A stretch of DNA of 62,914 nucleotides, filler included, from Choristocarpus tenellus KU-1152 (lineage: Eukaryota; Protista; Phaeophyceae), in the NCBI GenBank assembly GCA_964200185.2. It is 12 parts of 12 records of this genome, joined end to end, with 100 filler letters (N's around TTAATTAATTAA, not from the genome) between each part and the next. Parts side by side here need not be neighbours in the genome. Positions count along the whole stretch, not along the records: positions 32,055 to 40,329 come from CAXNAD020004908.1; positions 40,430 to 43,562 come from CAXNAD020022094.1; positions 43,663 to 47,767 come from CAXNAD020016181.1; positions 47,868 to 53,720 come from CAXNAD020009588.1; positions 53,821 to 59,581 come from CAXNAD020009822.1; 7 more parts are not named here. The stretch is one strand, 5' to 3'. Positions within the stretch are counted from its first letter, which is position 1. Each line of letters starts with the position of its first letter. Below the pieces are notes generated by a model that did no database searches, had not been told where the DNA came from, and was given only the letters and a program-made list of their open reading frames with translations. This document shows, piece after piece, positions 39,484 through 56,615 of the stretch. The position numbers were made by a program, and so were the translations under genes.

Positions 39484-39502
39484 TGGTGTTGACTAAACAC
39501 CA
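39484..39502 (-). promoter_or_regulatory. Histone mRNA 3' stem-loop-like element
   Basis: Minus strand TGGTGTT-TAGTC-AACACCA, about 60 nt after the H2A stop. The stem resembles the GGTGTT...AACACC histone hairpins of algae and protists. Confidence 0.7.
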
Positions 39503-39564
39503 AGTGGGTGGGGAGAGTCCTGGAAGAGTTCATGACCCGAGTGATGTCAGAGAGAGAGAGGTGT

Positions 39565-39942
39565 TTAAACCTTCTTCGCAGACTTCTTAGGGAGAAGAAC
39601 AGCATGGATGTTCGGCAAAACACCTCCAGATGCGATGGTCACCTCACCGAGAAGTTTGTTTAGCTCCTCGTCGTTACGAACAGCGAGCTGAATGTGACGG
39701 GGAACGATGCGAGCCTTCTTTTTGTCACGGGCAGCATTGCCAGCCAGCTCAAGCACCTCCGCCGTCAGGTACTCCAAAACAGCGGCGAGGTATACAGGGG
39801 CGCCGGCTCCAACACAAGTCGCATACTTGCCCTGCTTGAGGAAGCGGCCAACACGACCCACTGGGAACTGAAGTCCAGCCTTGGCCGACCTTGAAGTCGA
39901 CTTCTTGGAGTCACCACGTCCGCCCTTTCCCTTGCCAGACAT
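39565..39942 (-). CDS. H2A: Histone H2A (canonical type, intronless, no SQ(E/D) tail)
   Basis: 125 aa with [42 protein letters not shown] and GGVLPNIH. The N-terminus SGKGKGGRG is typical of stramenopiles. Confidence 0.98.
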   Translation of the reverse strand: MSGKGKGGRGDSKKSTSRSAKAGLQFPVGRVGRFLKQGKYATCVGAGAPVYLAAVLEYLTAEVLELAGNAARDKKKARIVPRHIQLAVRNDEELNKLLGEVTIASGGVLPNIHAVLLPKKSAKKV

Positions 39943-40109
39943 AATTTCTTAATTGATTATCGTGGATAAGAAGTACAAATTCCTGGTGCCCTTACGAATT
40001 TAGGAGATTGTGATCGACGTGTGGAGAGTGGAACGATAGGTAGGGGAGTTGCAAATGTGAAGGTATTTTGAAGTTTGGTGTATGGTATGTAGAGAGGAAT
40101 GATTTGAAA

Positions 40110-40160
40110 ATAGGATTGGATTGACGACATGTAATTGGTGTTAGTTGTGATTGGCTGGGA
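40110..40160 (-). promoter_or_regulatory. CCAAT boxes upstream of H2A
   Basis: Two gattgg (CCAATC on the minus strand) at about 40113 and 40149, roughly 170-215 nt upstream of the ATG, as in histone promoters. These are short motifs, so the evidence is weak. Confidence 0.4.
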
Positions 40161-42826
40161 ATTGAATATCGCCATCGGATTGATCAAAAAGAAACACGGA
40201 GCACAAAGAGGAACACCCATCTGATGATAGTTGGTTGGATGAAGTGAAAAAGTCTGTGAAAGTGTCAAAGGTGCCAAGTTCTCTTTTGCTCAAGCGGGCA
40301 ATCACAATCACCGGACTGAACTCTTTCACNNNNNNNNNNNNNNNNNNNNNNNNNNNNNNNNNNNNNNNNNNNNTTAATTAATTAANNNNNNNNNNNNNNN
40401 NNNNNNNNNNNNNNNNNNNNNNNNNNNNNGTTGGTGGGGGGGGGGGGGGTGGGGGGGGGGGGGGGGGGGGGGGGGGTGGGGGGGGTGTTGGTGGCGAAAA
40501 TTACGGAAATCATGAATGGGTGGGAGGGATTGTGAGGGCTAGTGGTGAAAATAGATGTCATTGGGATTGGGATGAGTTTGAGGTGCAGACAGGTTGGCAT
40601 TATGAAAATACTGAAGGGTAGGTAGTTGGGACTGCGGTGAGTTTGTTGAGGAGGGGGGAGGGATTGGAAAGTAGGATGGCCTGATGATGGAATAAATTAT
40701 AATTGTGGTGTGTATTGGGGTTCCCATTGCAAAGAGGCTGTTTCACAAAAGGTAGATCAAAGGATGAGACTTCAGATCACAAATCATTCAGTGCTTATTG
40801 CCCATCATTGAAAGAAGCGGAAGTTTAACTGCTAATACAGGGATGGAGTCGGGGGGGGATCAATTCAAAACACACACAACCTCAGAAGTTCAGCATGATA
40901 AGTAGGAAGTGGAAATAATACGTGTGTCACTATTCCAACACAAAACTAAGAACATCACTCCAAGTTAGGAAGATAGTGGAACAAACAGTGGAGAGTTGAA
41001 ATTCATAGGTAAGGGGGCAAGGAGGAAAGATGAGAAATCTTGTTGTGATACAAAGCCAGCATCCCTAAGTGGTGTCAATACATTTGTAACACCATATTAG
41101 GCCCTCACTCTGCACACAAATTGGTTGTTATCCTTGTCAGCTTGTAAGACAAAAGGCTAAAAATCAAACACACGCACACGCACACAACTAAATTGTTTAA
41201 GCAAGGAACCATAAAAGAAGTGTGCGAGGCCTGAATGATCAGGTTGTAATGATTCAACACCACTGCAAACAAAAGGAAGCACAAGACATATTGGGAACAG
41301 CCTTTATCTCCTCATGCCCATATTTCTAGAGTTCCAAATGCCACAGGCTTGAAGGCACAGTGACACACTGTGCTGCCAAATACAAGGCATCAAAATGTAC
41401 TTGACCTATGACTTGTGGTGTTTCGTAACTAGGTCACACTGCAGATTGAGTGCCCATCCAAGGCCTGATCCATAGAAATTTGTGTAGTCGTGCAACTGCT
41501 CATCGTGTATGTGGCCCCTACCCCTCTGACGCAAGAAAGGTGCTCTTCACGGGCGGTGGGAAGTATACAAATGCAACACGTGCGTATTGGTGATCCCTAC
41601 AAACGTTTCGTATCTGCCTCATCGCGATCAAGCTTCTTCGTATAATCAGCGGCATAGATCAAGAACTAGAAAGTAAGACACAGTCACCATAAATCCCATC
41701 GATCAAATGACAGTTCAGTGCACTCACCCTGTGCCCCTGACATTGATGGAGAAGCAATCCCCTCTTTGCGTTTGTGCATCCTCTCAGGTCCCAGCTGATC
41801 CGCGCGGTTTGTCGGTGCGGTAGCTGAGTGACCTCTAGAGAAGGGTGCTGCACGGTCAGCTAAGGGGAAATCCCGGGTTTGGGAACGGAAGATGGAAGAG
41901 CAGTACGACAATGCCGCAGAAAGTGGTCATGACACTTGGTACGCACTGGAAGAGAGGATGTATTGAGGGGTTTGGAGACAAATCTTTTTCTTGCATGGGA
42001 AGCACACGTGACCCTTAGCGGACTCTCCATGCTCTCCATTAGATATCCTACGCAAAGCATCGGGTGTCAATGAGAGGACGAGGTTTCTACAAGGAGCAGC
42101 GAGGATTTCCGGTCCAGGACGAACATCGTGCAACTCCCTCAATTATTTGCCACAGGCACGCACAACGACGGACCACAACACAATTGCACAACTTTATACG
42201 GGAACCAGAGCTAAGAGATCCAATGCCACCCACCTCCAATCTCGTACCAGGAATAACCGTCCTCCCTTTCCCCTGGCAGTACTTCACGTGTTTCCCGTTC
42301 CCTCCCATCCCCAAACTCAAGGTCAACAGAGATGGCGCCCCTACCCCTTCACAAGTGCTCGACGCTTCAGAAGTCCACCGGGACCGGGATTGGGGAGCGT
42401 CTGATCGCAGCAACTGTGCTCCAGATCCACAACGGGGGTGGTGAACGGACGCCGTTACTCCTGCCCTGCCTCCAGCCCTTTGACGGCAGATGGATAACAT
42501 GCTCCAGAAACACCAGGGGTACTGACGACGGACGATTTCCACTGCCCGACAGGAGAAGAAAAGCGCGATTGAGTCGTCTTCGGATAAGAGCCCCGAGAAG
42601 CTGAAGGAGGGATAAGACCTGGCTGAAAAGAGTCTGGGGGTACTGCTCAAAGTGCGAGATCAACAAACGCGAATTTGTAGGTTGAAGGCAAGTTCCTCTT
42701 CTGGAAGCCATAACCCTAAGCAGTCACCAACGTCCTGTATTATTACTATAATAATCCAATACACCAGAGATAGGAAAGGTCTACCTTAAGCAAGTAGGTC
42801 TTGCCTCAAAGAAGAAACGCAGGAGG

Positions 42827-43554
42827 ATGGCTAAGAACAGATTGGAAGTCAACGAATGCGTGATCTATGAGGAAGACAGAGGCATCGTCACCCTAACGCT
42901 CAACCGTCCTCAGGTAGCACAATGTCAATCTGCACAACGATGACATCGATCCAGCAAACAGCTTTCTTCTCCAGCAGACAAGACCAACTCTCATGGTACA
43001 CCGGCGCCAACGGTGCACTTCCCATTACCTCGTAACCTTGTACTAACCTATAGGAAATAATAGTGACTTGAAATCCCAATCTCTTTTCCATTAACCTTCT
43101 GCCTTACAAACAATGCTATTGATCAAGCTCCGTCATCTTTCGACAAAGGTTATCCCTTCACCATTCGTCCCTATTACTGAGGTACTGTCGTCTGCTTGTT
43201 TCATCCATCATTTCAGCTACACCTTTGGGATAACACAAGTCCCCTCATCTAGTGTGTAGTACTTTTCCCTCGGACTTTCCTCTCAAGGAACACAAAACCA
43301 TGCGTCCCCGACCTCTTCTCCTTCCGTGTTTCATAACCACATTTTGCGTCGCTTTTGTTCTCCTACTATATAAGGTGAAAAATGCTTTCAACAACGAGAT
43401 CTATGTCCGCCTCGCTCAAAACCTTGAGAGGGCAGGTTCAGATGACTCAGTAGTTGTCGTAATCATTACTGGAACGGGGAAGTACTTCAGCAGCGGGGCA
43501 GATCTGAAGGAAATTCAGTCGCCGTCAGCGATAGAGGGTGAGGGACTGGAAGAG
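42827..43554 (+). CDS. Crotonase-superfamily enzyme (enoyl-CoA delta-isomerase/hydratase-like), 5' part; exons 42827-42913, 43375-43554
   Basis: Spliced MAKNRLEVNECVIYEEDRGIVTLTLNRPQ|VKNAFNNEIY...VVIITGTGKYFSSGADLKE contains the LNRP-xx-NA and FSSGADL crotonase motifs. Truncated by the gap. Confidence 0.92.
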
Positions 43555-43675
43555 GTAGGGTCNNNNNNNNNNNNNNNNNNNNNNNNNNNNNNNNNNNNNN
43601 NNNNNNTTAATTAATTAANNNNNNNNNNNNNNNNNNNNNNNNNNNNNNNNNNNNNNNNNNNNTTTTCTTTCCTCC

Positions 43676-43718
<43 letters not shown>

Positions 43719-43740
43719 CCTCCCCCCCCCCCCCTCTTTG

Positions 43741-43776
<36 letters not shown>

Positions 43777-44978
43777 CTTGCCCCCAGAGAAGTCGTGAGG
43801 GTGTAATTTTCCCCATGGTGTGGGGCACACACTTGAACCTCAGTGTAGATGTTAAGGGTTAGGGTTAGTACGGCGTAGTAGTTGTGTGAATGGCAGCTGC
43901 TGTAGTAGTGTTGTGGGTGTAATAAAACTTTGTTGTGGATTTTTTTTTTTGCATTTGTGCACGCTTTGGGTTTTGTTTTAAGATTTTCTGGCGCTAGGCG
44001 CTGTACACGTCTTGATTTGTGCGATGCAATCACTTTTTTTTTTTAATCCTATTGGAACACAAGCAGTAAGTGTATGAGAAGATGTTAGGGGTGTTGATTT
44101 AACTCGTGATCGTCGAGCCTTTTTTTTATTTACAGCAATATTTATGTTCAGTAGGCTTGCACTTCATGGTGGATAGAAGTGTATCGCGCTGATAAGGCCT
44201 TACCGGTGCAGTAGGACGGGGTTTTGTGGAGGTGAAGTGTGTAAGGGTGAGAGATCATGGATTATTTTGCATGCAACAGGGAAGGGAGAGAGGGTTGGCA
44301 CGGGGGCATTTTACTTGTTTCTTTGCTAAAATACTGTTACATGGTACTAGGCAGGTAGTATTGGGGAACTAAGGGGCCTCCCTTTGCTTTTGTCTTTCAG
44401 AATTGTTCGATTGCGTTGCCTGTGTGAGTTTGGGTCTCTTGTTCAACCCTCTCTTTTATGTGAAACAGGCTTGGTACAACATTGCCTCACCTCCAACCCC
44501 CCCACCCCCGTCAATCCCTGGTCCAAGTATTTTGTGGTACATACATTTCTTGCCCTGGTTATAATCTGGTTTAGTTTATTGAAACTTCAATATGTTGTGG
44601 TTGTTTGAGTTAAGCCCAGGAGAGTTATCTTCTATCGATTTTTCCTGCCTTCCACTCCCTGTTTGGAATGTATGTCCTTTGGGGCAGTAGAGATGAAAGG
44701 TAGTTTTGAAACGGATGTGATGGAGTGTTATTATTTAGACATATAACGTGTGTATGTGGCATTTAAGTATCCTAAGTATTATGTGGTGCCACACACATGC
44801 ACATCCCCACCCATACCCCTACTGTACAATTGTTACTACCACCTCTTCCCTTCTCCCTATACCTACTCTTCCATTCCTCTTCCATACTCCCATTGCACAT
44901 GCATCTGGCAATGTTTCCTGGGGGGGCGCATGGTGTTGTGATGACAGGGTGTTGCTGTTAGTGAAGAGGGGTTTGTAG

Positions 44979-47570
44979 CTGTGTTGTCAAGCAAGGAGTC
45001 ATCCCGGGCGCTGAAAATGATCATGACCCCTGATGATCCCATGTCTGGAGGTCTTGATGTCCAACAAGCTGAGACGCCTGAGGCACGAACGCTCTTGCAG
45101 TTGATACAGGTAGGAAGGCGTGAGGGGAGACCCTCTTAGGGTTTTTGCTGGAAATCAGGAAGAGAAAAAAAATTCTAGTGGCATGTATTATACACTGCTG
45201 CCCAAAGTGTGTCGTTTTCAAAAACAGGAGGAAAAAAAAATAGGGTCGATCTGTGGACCAATCAGAAACATACACAAAGCTGACCAAGCAAAAGAACAAA
45301 CAGATTTTTTTTTTAAGCTACATTTTATTTTTGAAAAATCATTGATTGACAGGCCCTGGTGTCAACAAATTGAGCTTATGTAGGATGAGGGAGGTGTGGA
45401 TTCACCTGAATTTGAATAAGCATTTCTTTAGGAAGTTCTTGAGCTATTACCCAATTGTTCCACGTGTGGAATGATATGAACCAGGATTGTTGAGACATAG
45501 CCAACAGCAGGACCTTTCACGTGTTCCCAGCACGATGAAAGGCCCTGAAATTTAGCAATATCTGAAGAGAGCTGAACCTAGTTCATTTTTTGTGGTTTTT
45601 CAAATATAGGGTGCAATTATTGAGGCAGTCACTGTGCTTGACCTCTTTCTGTTAGACTCGTTGGTATTTTTGTGAACCAGTGGTGGGAGAGTGTGCTTGT
45701 TCGCTTGCTGTGTCTTTTTGAGACTTGCTTTTTTTCCGGGCCAGTAGGAAATGGTGAATAATCACTGCAGAGGATATGTTACTATAATCTTCCAACCTTA
45801 TCTTTCTTAAACATTGCCATTTGGAGAGATTCGTCCATACCAGCTGGTTCACTTAAACTTCCAGCATGTTCCAAGCCCCCCCCCCCACCCACCCACCCCC
45901 CTCCAAAACCTGTCACTTCAGCTCCCAAACATGCACTCACTTCCACTCCCTCGAGTTGTGTTAGATTCCCTCCCCAAGAACAGTTTCCAGACATTTAAAG
46001 GTGTGTTTATTTATCGAGCAGCCTCTCCATTATTCCATTATCATTATCATTATCATTATCACAGGGGATCGATGTGTGCCGGCACCTACCTGAAGACATC
46101 TTAGGGGTTCTCATGGGGGTGCCCATGTCAAGAGGTTTGAAGCTCACTGGGATTCATGTCTTGGAGGTGCGCCCATTCTTAGCAACACTTACTGCAACAG
46201 TACCCCCCCGTGATGGTGAGAAGTCAGTAGATAGGAATGCATCAACACCTGGGGCAGGGGCAGCAGGGGTGGGGATAGGTACAGCAACAGTGGGGGGACA
46301 AGCTGCAACACCTGCTGTGGATGCAGTCAAGGGGACCATGGATGGGGGAGTGTCCATCCCGGAAGCTGTGTTGATGGGGGAGCAATCTGCCGGATCCTCT
46401 GGGGTTGTTGATAGCAATGACAGTCCCTTCACTGCAACTCCTGTTGAATCTGGAAAAGCTTTACAGAAAGGGGAGGGGGATGACGCTGTGACAGCCACCA
46501 CAACTGCTACAGATGCAGATTCTTTGCCCCAGGGCCGGCCCAGAGTGGCAGTTATAAAGGAGGCGCAGACTAAAGTTGAATTTGAGGCAGTGGCGCTGGC
46601 GCTTCGATACCCTGAAGCAGCACTCTATGTGAGATCGGAACTGCTGTGGCCCATGCAAGACGGCAAGGGTGGGACGCACAGTTTTGAGTTGGAGGAATTA
46701 GAAAGCGACTTGCCAGGGTTGCTGATGCTTGACCCATCTCGCCGGAGGCGGGGGGGAGGGGAGGAGGTGGGGGCAGAGATAGAGATGAAGCGATTGAAAC
46801 AGCAGCTTGAGAATGCGGTGAGGCTTGATATTGTTGCTGTTTTGGTGTCTTGGTGTCTTGTGTGGGTTAAGGGTGGTGCCATGTTGCAAGGGGTTCCTAG
46901 GGATTGCTGGGTGACTGTGATGAGCTCTTTAAGTGGTGCCGTCTAACATTAAGTACCAGGGCTAGGGCTGGGTAAGGTGGGATCTACCTCAAGGGAACTC
47001 ACCGGCAGAGGTCTTGAATGTTTGGTTCCATGTCCATGCCTGGACGTCAAATCATTTTTTGCTTCTTGCATTGATGAAGAGAGGTCAAAGGGCCTTTGGG
47101 GCAATTGACCTAACAATTGACCTAACAATTGAGCTAATTGATGAGTGCGTTACTTCGATGGTCTTCAAAATTTCAGAAAATGCCGCCTACGCATGATTGC
47201 CAAAACCTACCTGCCACTGACTATTGTGGGGCGCCCCTCACAGCCAATTGGCAACAGTGACTCTTCTAAATAGCAAAAGATGACCTTAAGCTGAGGGGAA
47301 GCATTGGTTTGAGTGCTCCGTATTCCCCTACGCATTACAACAGCGATTATTCAGTCAGCACACAACCAACTTTAGTCTGAGGTTGAAAACCCGGACTATC
47401 GACAGCTGTATCAGTTGCTCCCGAAATAACATTTTACTGTCCTTCCCTAGCCTTTAACTATGACCCCCACAATATATGTATACATCCAGATAAGAGATGG
47501 TGACGAGGACAGAGTTACGGAGCTGCAAATAGAGCTGAATGGAGGAGGCAAGAACCAAACCATCTCGGAT
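44979..47570 (+). CDS. Uncharacterised multi-exon protein (internal part); exons 44979-45109, 46065-46817, 47490-about 47570
   Basis: Phase-compatible AG/GT exons including a 251-codon exon (GIDVCRHLPEDILGVL...ALALRYPEAALYVRSELLWP...KRLKQQLENA). No family recognised. Confidence 0.65.
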
Positions 47571-47898
47571 GTGACGGGCAACTTTGCCTTATGATATAAG
47601 AGGGGTGAAGAGGGTGGGCGTAGATAATGGTATAATGGTGACATGTCGAGTTACGTATGTATTTGTAGGAAGGGGGGGGGGGGGGGGGGGGGATGTTTTT
47701 GCGGGGGGGGGGGGGGGGGGGGGGGGGGGGCGAAGCAAACAAAGGGAAGGTTTTTTTTGTTGTTGGGNNNNNNNNNNNNNNNNNNNNNNNNNNNNNNNNN
47801 NNNNNNNNNNNTTAATTAATTAANNNNNNNNNNNNNNNNNNNNNNNNNNNNNNNNNNNNNNNNNNNNCCAAACAACTTTAATTTGGCAACACATTTAT

Positions 47899-48077
47899 GG
47901 GTCAAAGTATCTGGGGGGGGGGGGGGTAGTTTGTGATGGGGCGTCTGCTTCGGTCAACAACTCTTTTTTTTGCTGACATTGCAAATCCGACAAGTGCGAT
48001 CAAATCACACCAAAAAAGAGAACCGAAAAAAGGGTGAAAAACGGACGCCGACACGCCCCCCCCAGATACTTTGATCC
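47899..48077. mobile_element. MITE family C, full length
   Basis: TIRs gggtcaaagtatctgggggggg / ccccccccagatactttgatcc; perfect 4-bp TSD ttat/ttat; interior unlike family A. Confidence 0.92.
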
Positions 48078-48800
48078 TTATTTCAGGTTCGACCTCCATG
48101 GATCTATCATCATCTGTAGAAGAGGTGGTGGACAGACTTTTTGTAGTAGTGTATTGTTGTATACCTACCTGACTGAGGGGGATAACCTTCTGAAGGGTGA
48201 AGAAAAGCAAACATATTCTGTGTTTATTTACACTGATCAAGTTCTGGGTCTGTAACATCAACTGCTTCTCCGGTCACCTTAATAAATTGTTATAGTAACA
48301 GTAATGCATTCCCGAACTATTTATTGGGAAACAATAACTGTTCCTTATTAAAATTAGTAACGAGGCTCACATATGTCAATGGTCGTACATCTTCATTTTG
48401 CGCCACAACATATTTTGATATATGGTCTTCTGCTGTTAGGAGGAAGTTGAATTAAGTAATCAAAATATTACAACATACTGATGCTTGCACATACAATTAA
48501 AAAGTACCATGAACACTCTAATTGTACGTTTGTACAGGGGTATTATGGGTAAAGTTGGATATTGGGTACTGTATATACCTTATCATACTTTGATCCTCTC
48601 AATATACCTTTTTGGTGACTCCATTTTGAAATGCAATTCTACTCAACAAGGTGTGACAACACAACAAGAAGAACCCTCGACGTGTACTGTGGATGCAGGC
48701 CTCTCCTATCTCCCATCTAACCTATGCTTGAAAAATCGGAATCGATTGAAGGCTGTCAACAGGACCGAAATTCCTCTGTCCTGTTTTGACAAGTCAGAGG

Positions 48801-53286
<4,486 letters not shown>

Positions 53287-53309
53287 GTGAGTCCAAAACA
53301 AGCCGTTAT

Positions 53310-53720
53310 TTTTGTTGTCACATATTGTTATTACATATTGTTGTCACATGTTGTTATTACATATTGTTATTACATATTGTTATTACATATTGTTATTACA
53401 TATTGTTGTCACATGTTGTTATTACATATTGTTATTACATATTGTTATTACATATTGTTGTTACATATTGTTGTTACATATTGTTATTACATATTGTTAT
53501 TATATATTATTATTACATTTTATTACATGTTGTTATGACATGTTATTACATGTTATTACATATTGTTATTACATGTTGTTATTACATGTTGTTATTACAT
53601 ATTGTTATTACATGTTGTTATTACATGTTATTACATATTATTATTACATGTTGTTATTACATATTGTTATTACATATTGTTATTACATGTTATTACATAT
53701 TGTTACTACATGTTGTTATT
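53310..53720. repeat. AT-rich minisatellite, unit of about 13 bp (ATATTGTTATTAC with 10- and 16-bp variants), in a RecQ intron
   Basis: Read directly from the sequence; it runs into the gap. Confidence 0.95.
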
Positions 53721-53820
53721 NNNNNNNNNNNNNNNNNNNNNNNNNNNNNNNNNNNNNNNNNNNNTTAATTAATTAANNNNNNNNNNNNNNNNNNNNNNNN
53801 NNNNNNNNNNNNNNNNNNNN

Positions 53821-53969
53821 GTCTACACCAGGCTGTCCATTTGGGTCATAACCAGGAAAAGTGTACTTACATTATCCATCCAACGTATGCAACCAAATTA
53901 CCCAAAAATCTTGACATGAAAAAATCCACCCCAAATGGACAGCCGCCACCCCCCCAGATACTTTGAGCC
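53821..53969. mobile_element. MITE family A, partial at a contig start
   Basis: Family A interior and right TIR cccccagatactttgagcc. Confidence 0.9.
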
Positions 53970-54245
53970 TCTCGCATATGGAAGAACAGGCCAATTTCAC
54001 GGGCCTGTTTACTGTAGGAGGGTCTGCTAATCCAGAGATAGGAGGAAGGAATTACAATGCCCAGGGTCTTCAAGTTTGTAAAGGGAGGCAACGATGGGGT
54101 GGATAAGTACGTCAAGCCTAGAATGAGGTCTGAATGGTGGAGAGGTCTCACCGACAGTGCTGTATTTGAAGCAGCTGCACACAACCTTCTCACACGTACA
54201 TCCAGGGCAAGAGACTACCCACCATCGTCCTTAACTATGTGCTAG
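53970..54245 (+). pseudogene. Possible C-terminal remnant of a Sola2-like (DUF7869-type) DDE transposase
   Basis: Frameshifted SHMEEQANFTGLF...GITMPRVFKFVKGGNDGVDKYVKPRMRSEWWRG resembles, from memory, the post-catalytic GI-x-x-(P/H)-x-F-(K/R)-F...V...K...W segment of these proteins. No catalytic core is visible. Confidence 0.4.
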
Positions 54246-54702
54246 ACTCCACCATCAACATGATCCTGAACATGCATGCGGTTGCGGATGACCACATCAC
54301 ATCTTTTCACCCTCTTCCATTGCGTGAGTCCTACCAATGGTGCGATGTATAGATATCCTCGCACTTCCAAACATATAACCTTCCTTTCATAAATGGTCAA
54401 ACATGGATATGCGGAACAGGACAAAATGATCTATTCCCTTTTCCCTTGCATTTAGGACTTGTTATATGTTGTTGTCTCACATAGGCTACATATACTGTTT
54501 CGCAGTATGAATAATGCTGATCTTCGAACACTTCGGCATTGACATATCCTTATCGTAGACATTAATAACACGACACGGTAGGCATTTCCTCCTTACCAAG
54601 TAAGAGTTGTAGTAAAAATAGTAGTTGCTCTGCATTCTGCTTTAAGAGATTTGATTGGCAAGTTATTAAAGATGCTTCCGTCCATTCCACTACTTCGCCA
54701 TT

Positions 54703-54888
54703 AACCCAAAGTATCTGGGGAGTAGGGAGGGGGGGGGTCTACACCAGGGTGTCCATTTTGGGTCATAACCAGGAGAAGTGCATTTACATTATCCACCCAA
54801 CGTATGCAACCAAATCACCCAAAAATCTCGACTTGAAAAAATTGACCCCAAATGGACAGCTGCCACACCCCACCAGATACTTTGAGAC
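54703..54888. mobile_element. MITE family A, full length
   Basis: TIRs aacccaaagtatctgg / ccagatactttgagac; 3-bp TSD att/att. Confidence 0.9.
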
Positions 54889-56582
54889 ATTAACATTCCC
54901 TAAACCTTACGTTAAATACTAGATCATACTTCCTCATCGTCGAATCTTATGTAAGACCTTTCCACAACCGCAGACTGATTAGTACGGACACCTAATACTT
55001 CTATGATAAGACAATCTACAGAAGAAGCAGGAATAATAATTTCAATCAGTTTGGAGACTCAATCTTCCTGGTAGACTTTACTCGTGCTTGACTTATCTCT
55101 ACCTCTACCACTACTGCCACATAAATACTACAACTACAATATGTCATACTGGTGCTCTAAACGCTTCAACATACATCTTCCAACGTAGTTGTCATCAATG
55201 ACAGTAGCAGTAGTACCAGTACCACTATAACTGAAACTACTAATACTACTACCAGTAGTAGTACTACAGCCTGAGCCATATCCCCCTCCCTCCCACCAAT
55301 ACTACATGATGTATTCATACATAATACATACATGCATACATACATACATACATGCATGCATACATGCATACATACGATTCTGCACAAAGACATGAAGTCA
55401 TTCTCATCTTCATAACAAAACACTTACATATGTGCACTTGTTTTAACCTATATTACGCGGTATATATATTTTTGTTGTTACGACATTTTCTCACCAATAT
55501 CTTTCTCTGTCCGATTCCCTTTGTCCTTTACTGGTACCTCTACTACTACTAATACTACTAGTACCACATAATCTACAACCTCGTCCATAGGTGAGATACT
55601 GTAATACAACATCCTCTTTTTTGCACCAACATAATTTTCTTCAAAACCTTTGGTTATGACTCAACGACAACATCTACTGTGACAAGAACATGCTTTTCCA
55701 GCACACATTACACTGTATTGAACTGATTCACCTCATTCCCTCCTTAACCTGTACTTTGGACATGACAATTCTTTCTCAAAATTCACACGACCCTCAGAGG
55801 CAGGAAGCGCGAGGCCATCCCCATGGCATTGGCAGATCAAGTCTGCACACTATGGCACTGAGACACAACTGGGTTCAACCTTGTTACCACTTTATACAGG
55901 GAACAGACAACATGTACTGACTATGACCATGAGAGAATGGGCAACTTGGGAGCAGAGGAGAAAGATGACCATGGCATGTACATGGATGACAACAGTGATC
56001 ATGACGGTGTGGAGACAGTGGGAAAGTACAGGTCTTGGGGGGTGAGGAGGAGACACATGGTCATCAGAGACAGAGAAAGAGACAGAAAAGTGTTGCCTTC
56101 AAGTACCAGAGAAAAGTATATGCATTGATCCTTGCGGATAACTGCTACTTGATGCTTGGTTGCATCATTAGCGTGGCACCACTATCGGCCGTTTTTGACG
56201 CACGATCTCTTGTAATCCCAATTCATATGTAGTTGAGAGATTTCTTGTATTCGTGATCTCATCAGCCCCTAATCTATGAAGAAAAACTTCCACTCCCCTT
56301 CCACCCCCTCCCTTGTGTCATAAATTGTGTTAGTATTACCATTAGTGGTCTTTCGCATTCAATGTTTTTCATCTCCTTCTTGTGAGATACATCGTATTGT
56401 TGTTGTAGATGCATGCATGGACTTGGAATTTTGGCGTGGTGTAGTAGACAGATTATGGTGGGGAGATTTTGTTTGCTGTTGCTCTTGTTGCTGTGTGGCG
56501 AGTGCCTGTTGTTGTTCTCATAATGTATCAGTACAGCCAACAGCGAGTGGTTTGACCTTGTGCATCCCCTTCAACATTAGTA

Positions 56583-56586
<4 letters not shown>

Positions 56587-56614
<28 letters not shown>

Positions 56615-56615
56615 A
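56587..56615. repeat. (GCT)n microsatellite; a (CATA/CATG)n tract lies at about 55320-55374
   Basis: Read directly from the sequence. Confidence 0.9.

Noticed and set aside
41520-42711. GC-richer region with overlapping ORFs on both strands upstream of the crotonase gene
   Set aside because: No frame gives a recognisable motif or a consistent exon chain. It may be decayed coding DNA, but I cannot support a call.
43663-43790. Poly-C/poly-G block and the Pro/Gly ORFs it creates (also 40430-40490 and 47670-47730)
   Set aside because: Homopolymers at contig ends are probably sequencing or assembly artefacts.
55690-56130. Possible hAT dimerisation-domain remnant (IHTTLRGR)
   Set aside because: The similarity is limited to a few residues, and the ERxWS/ERxFS motif is not visible.
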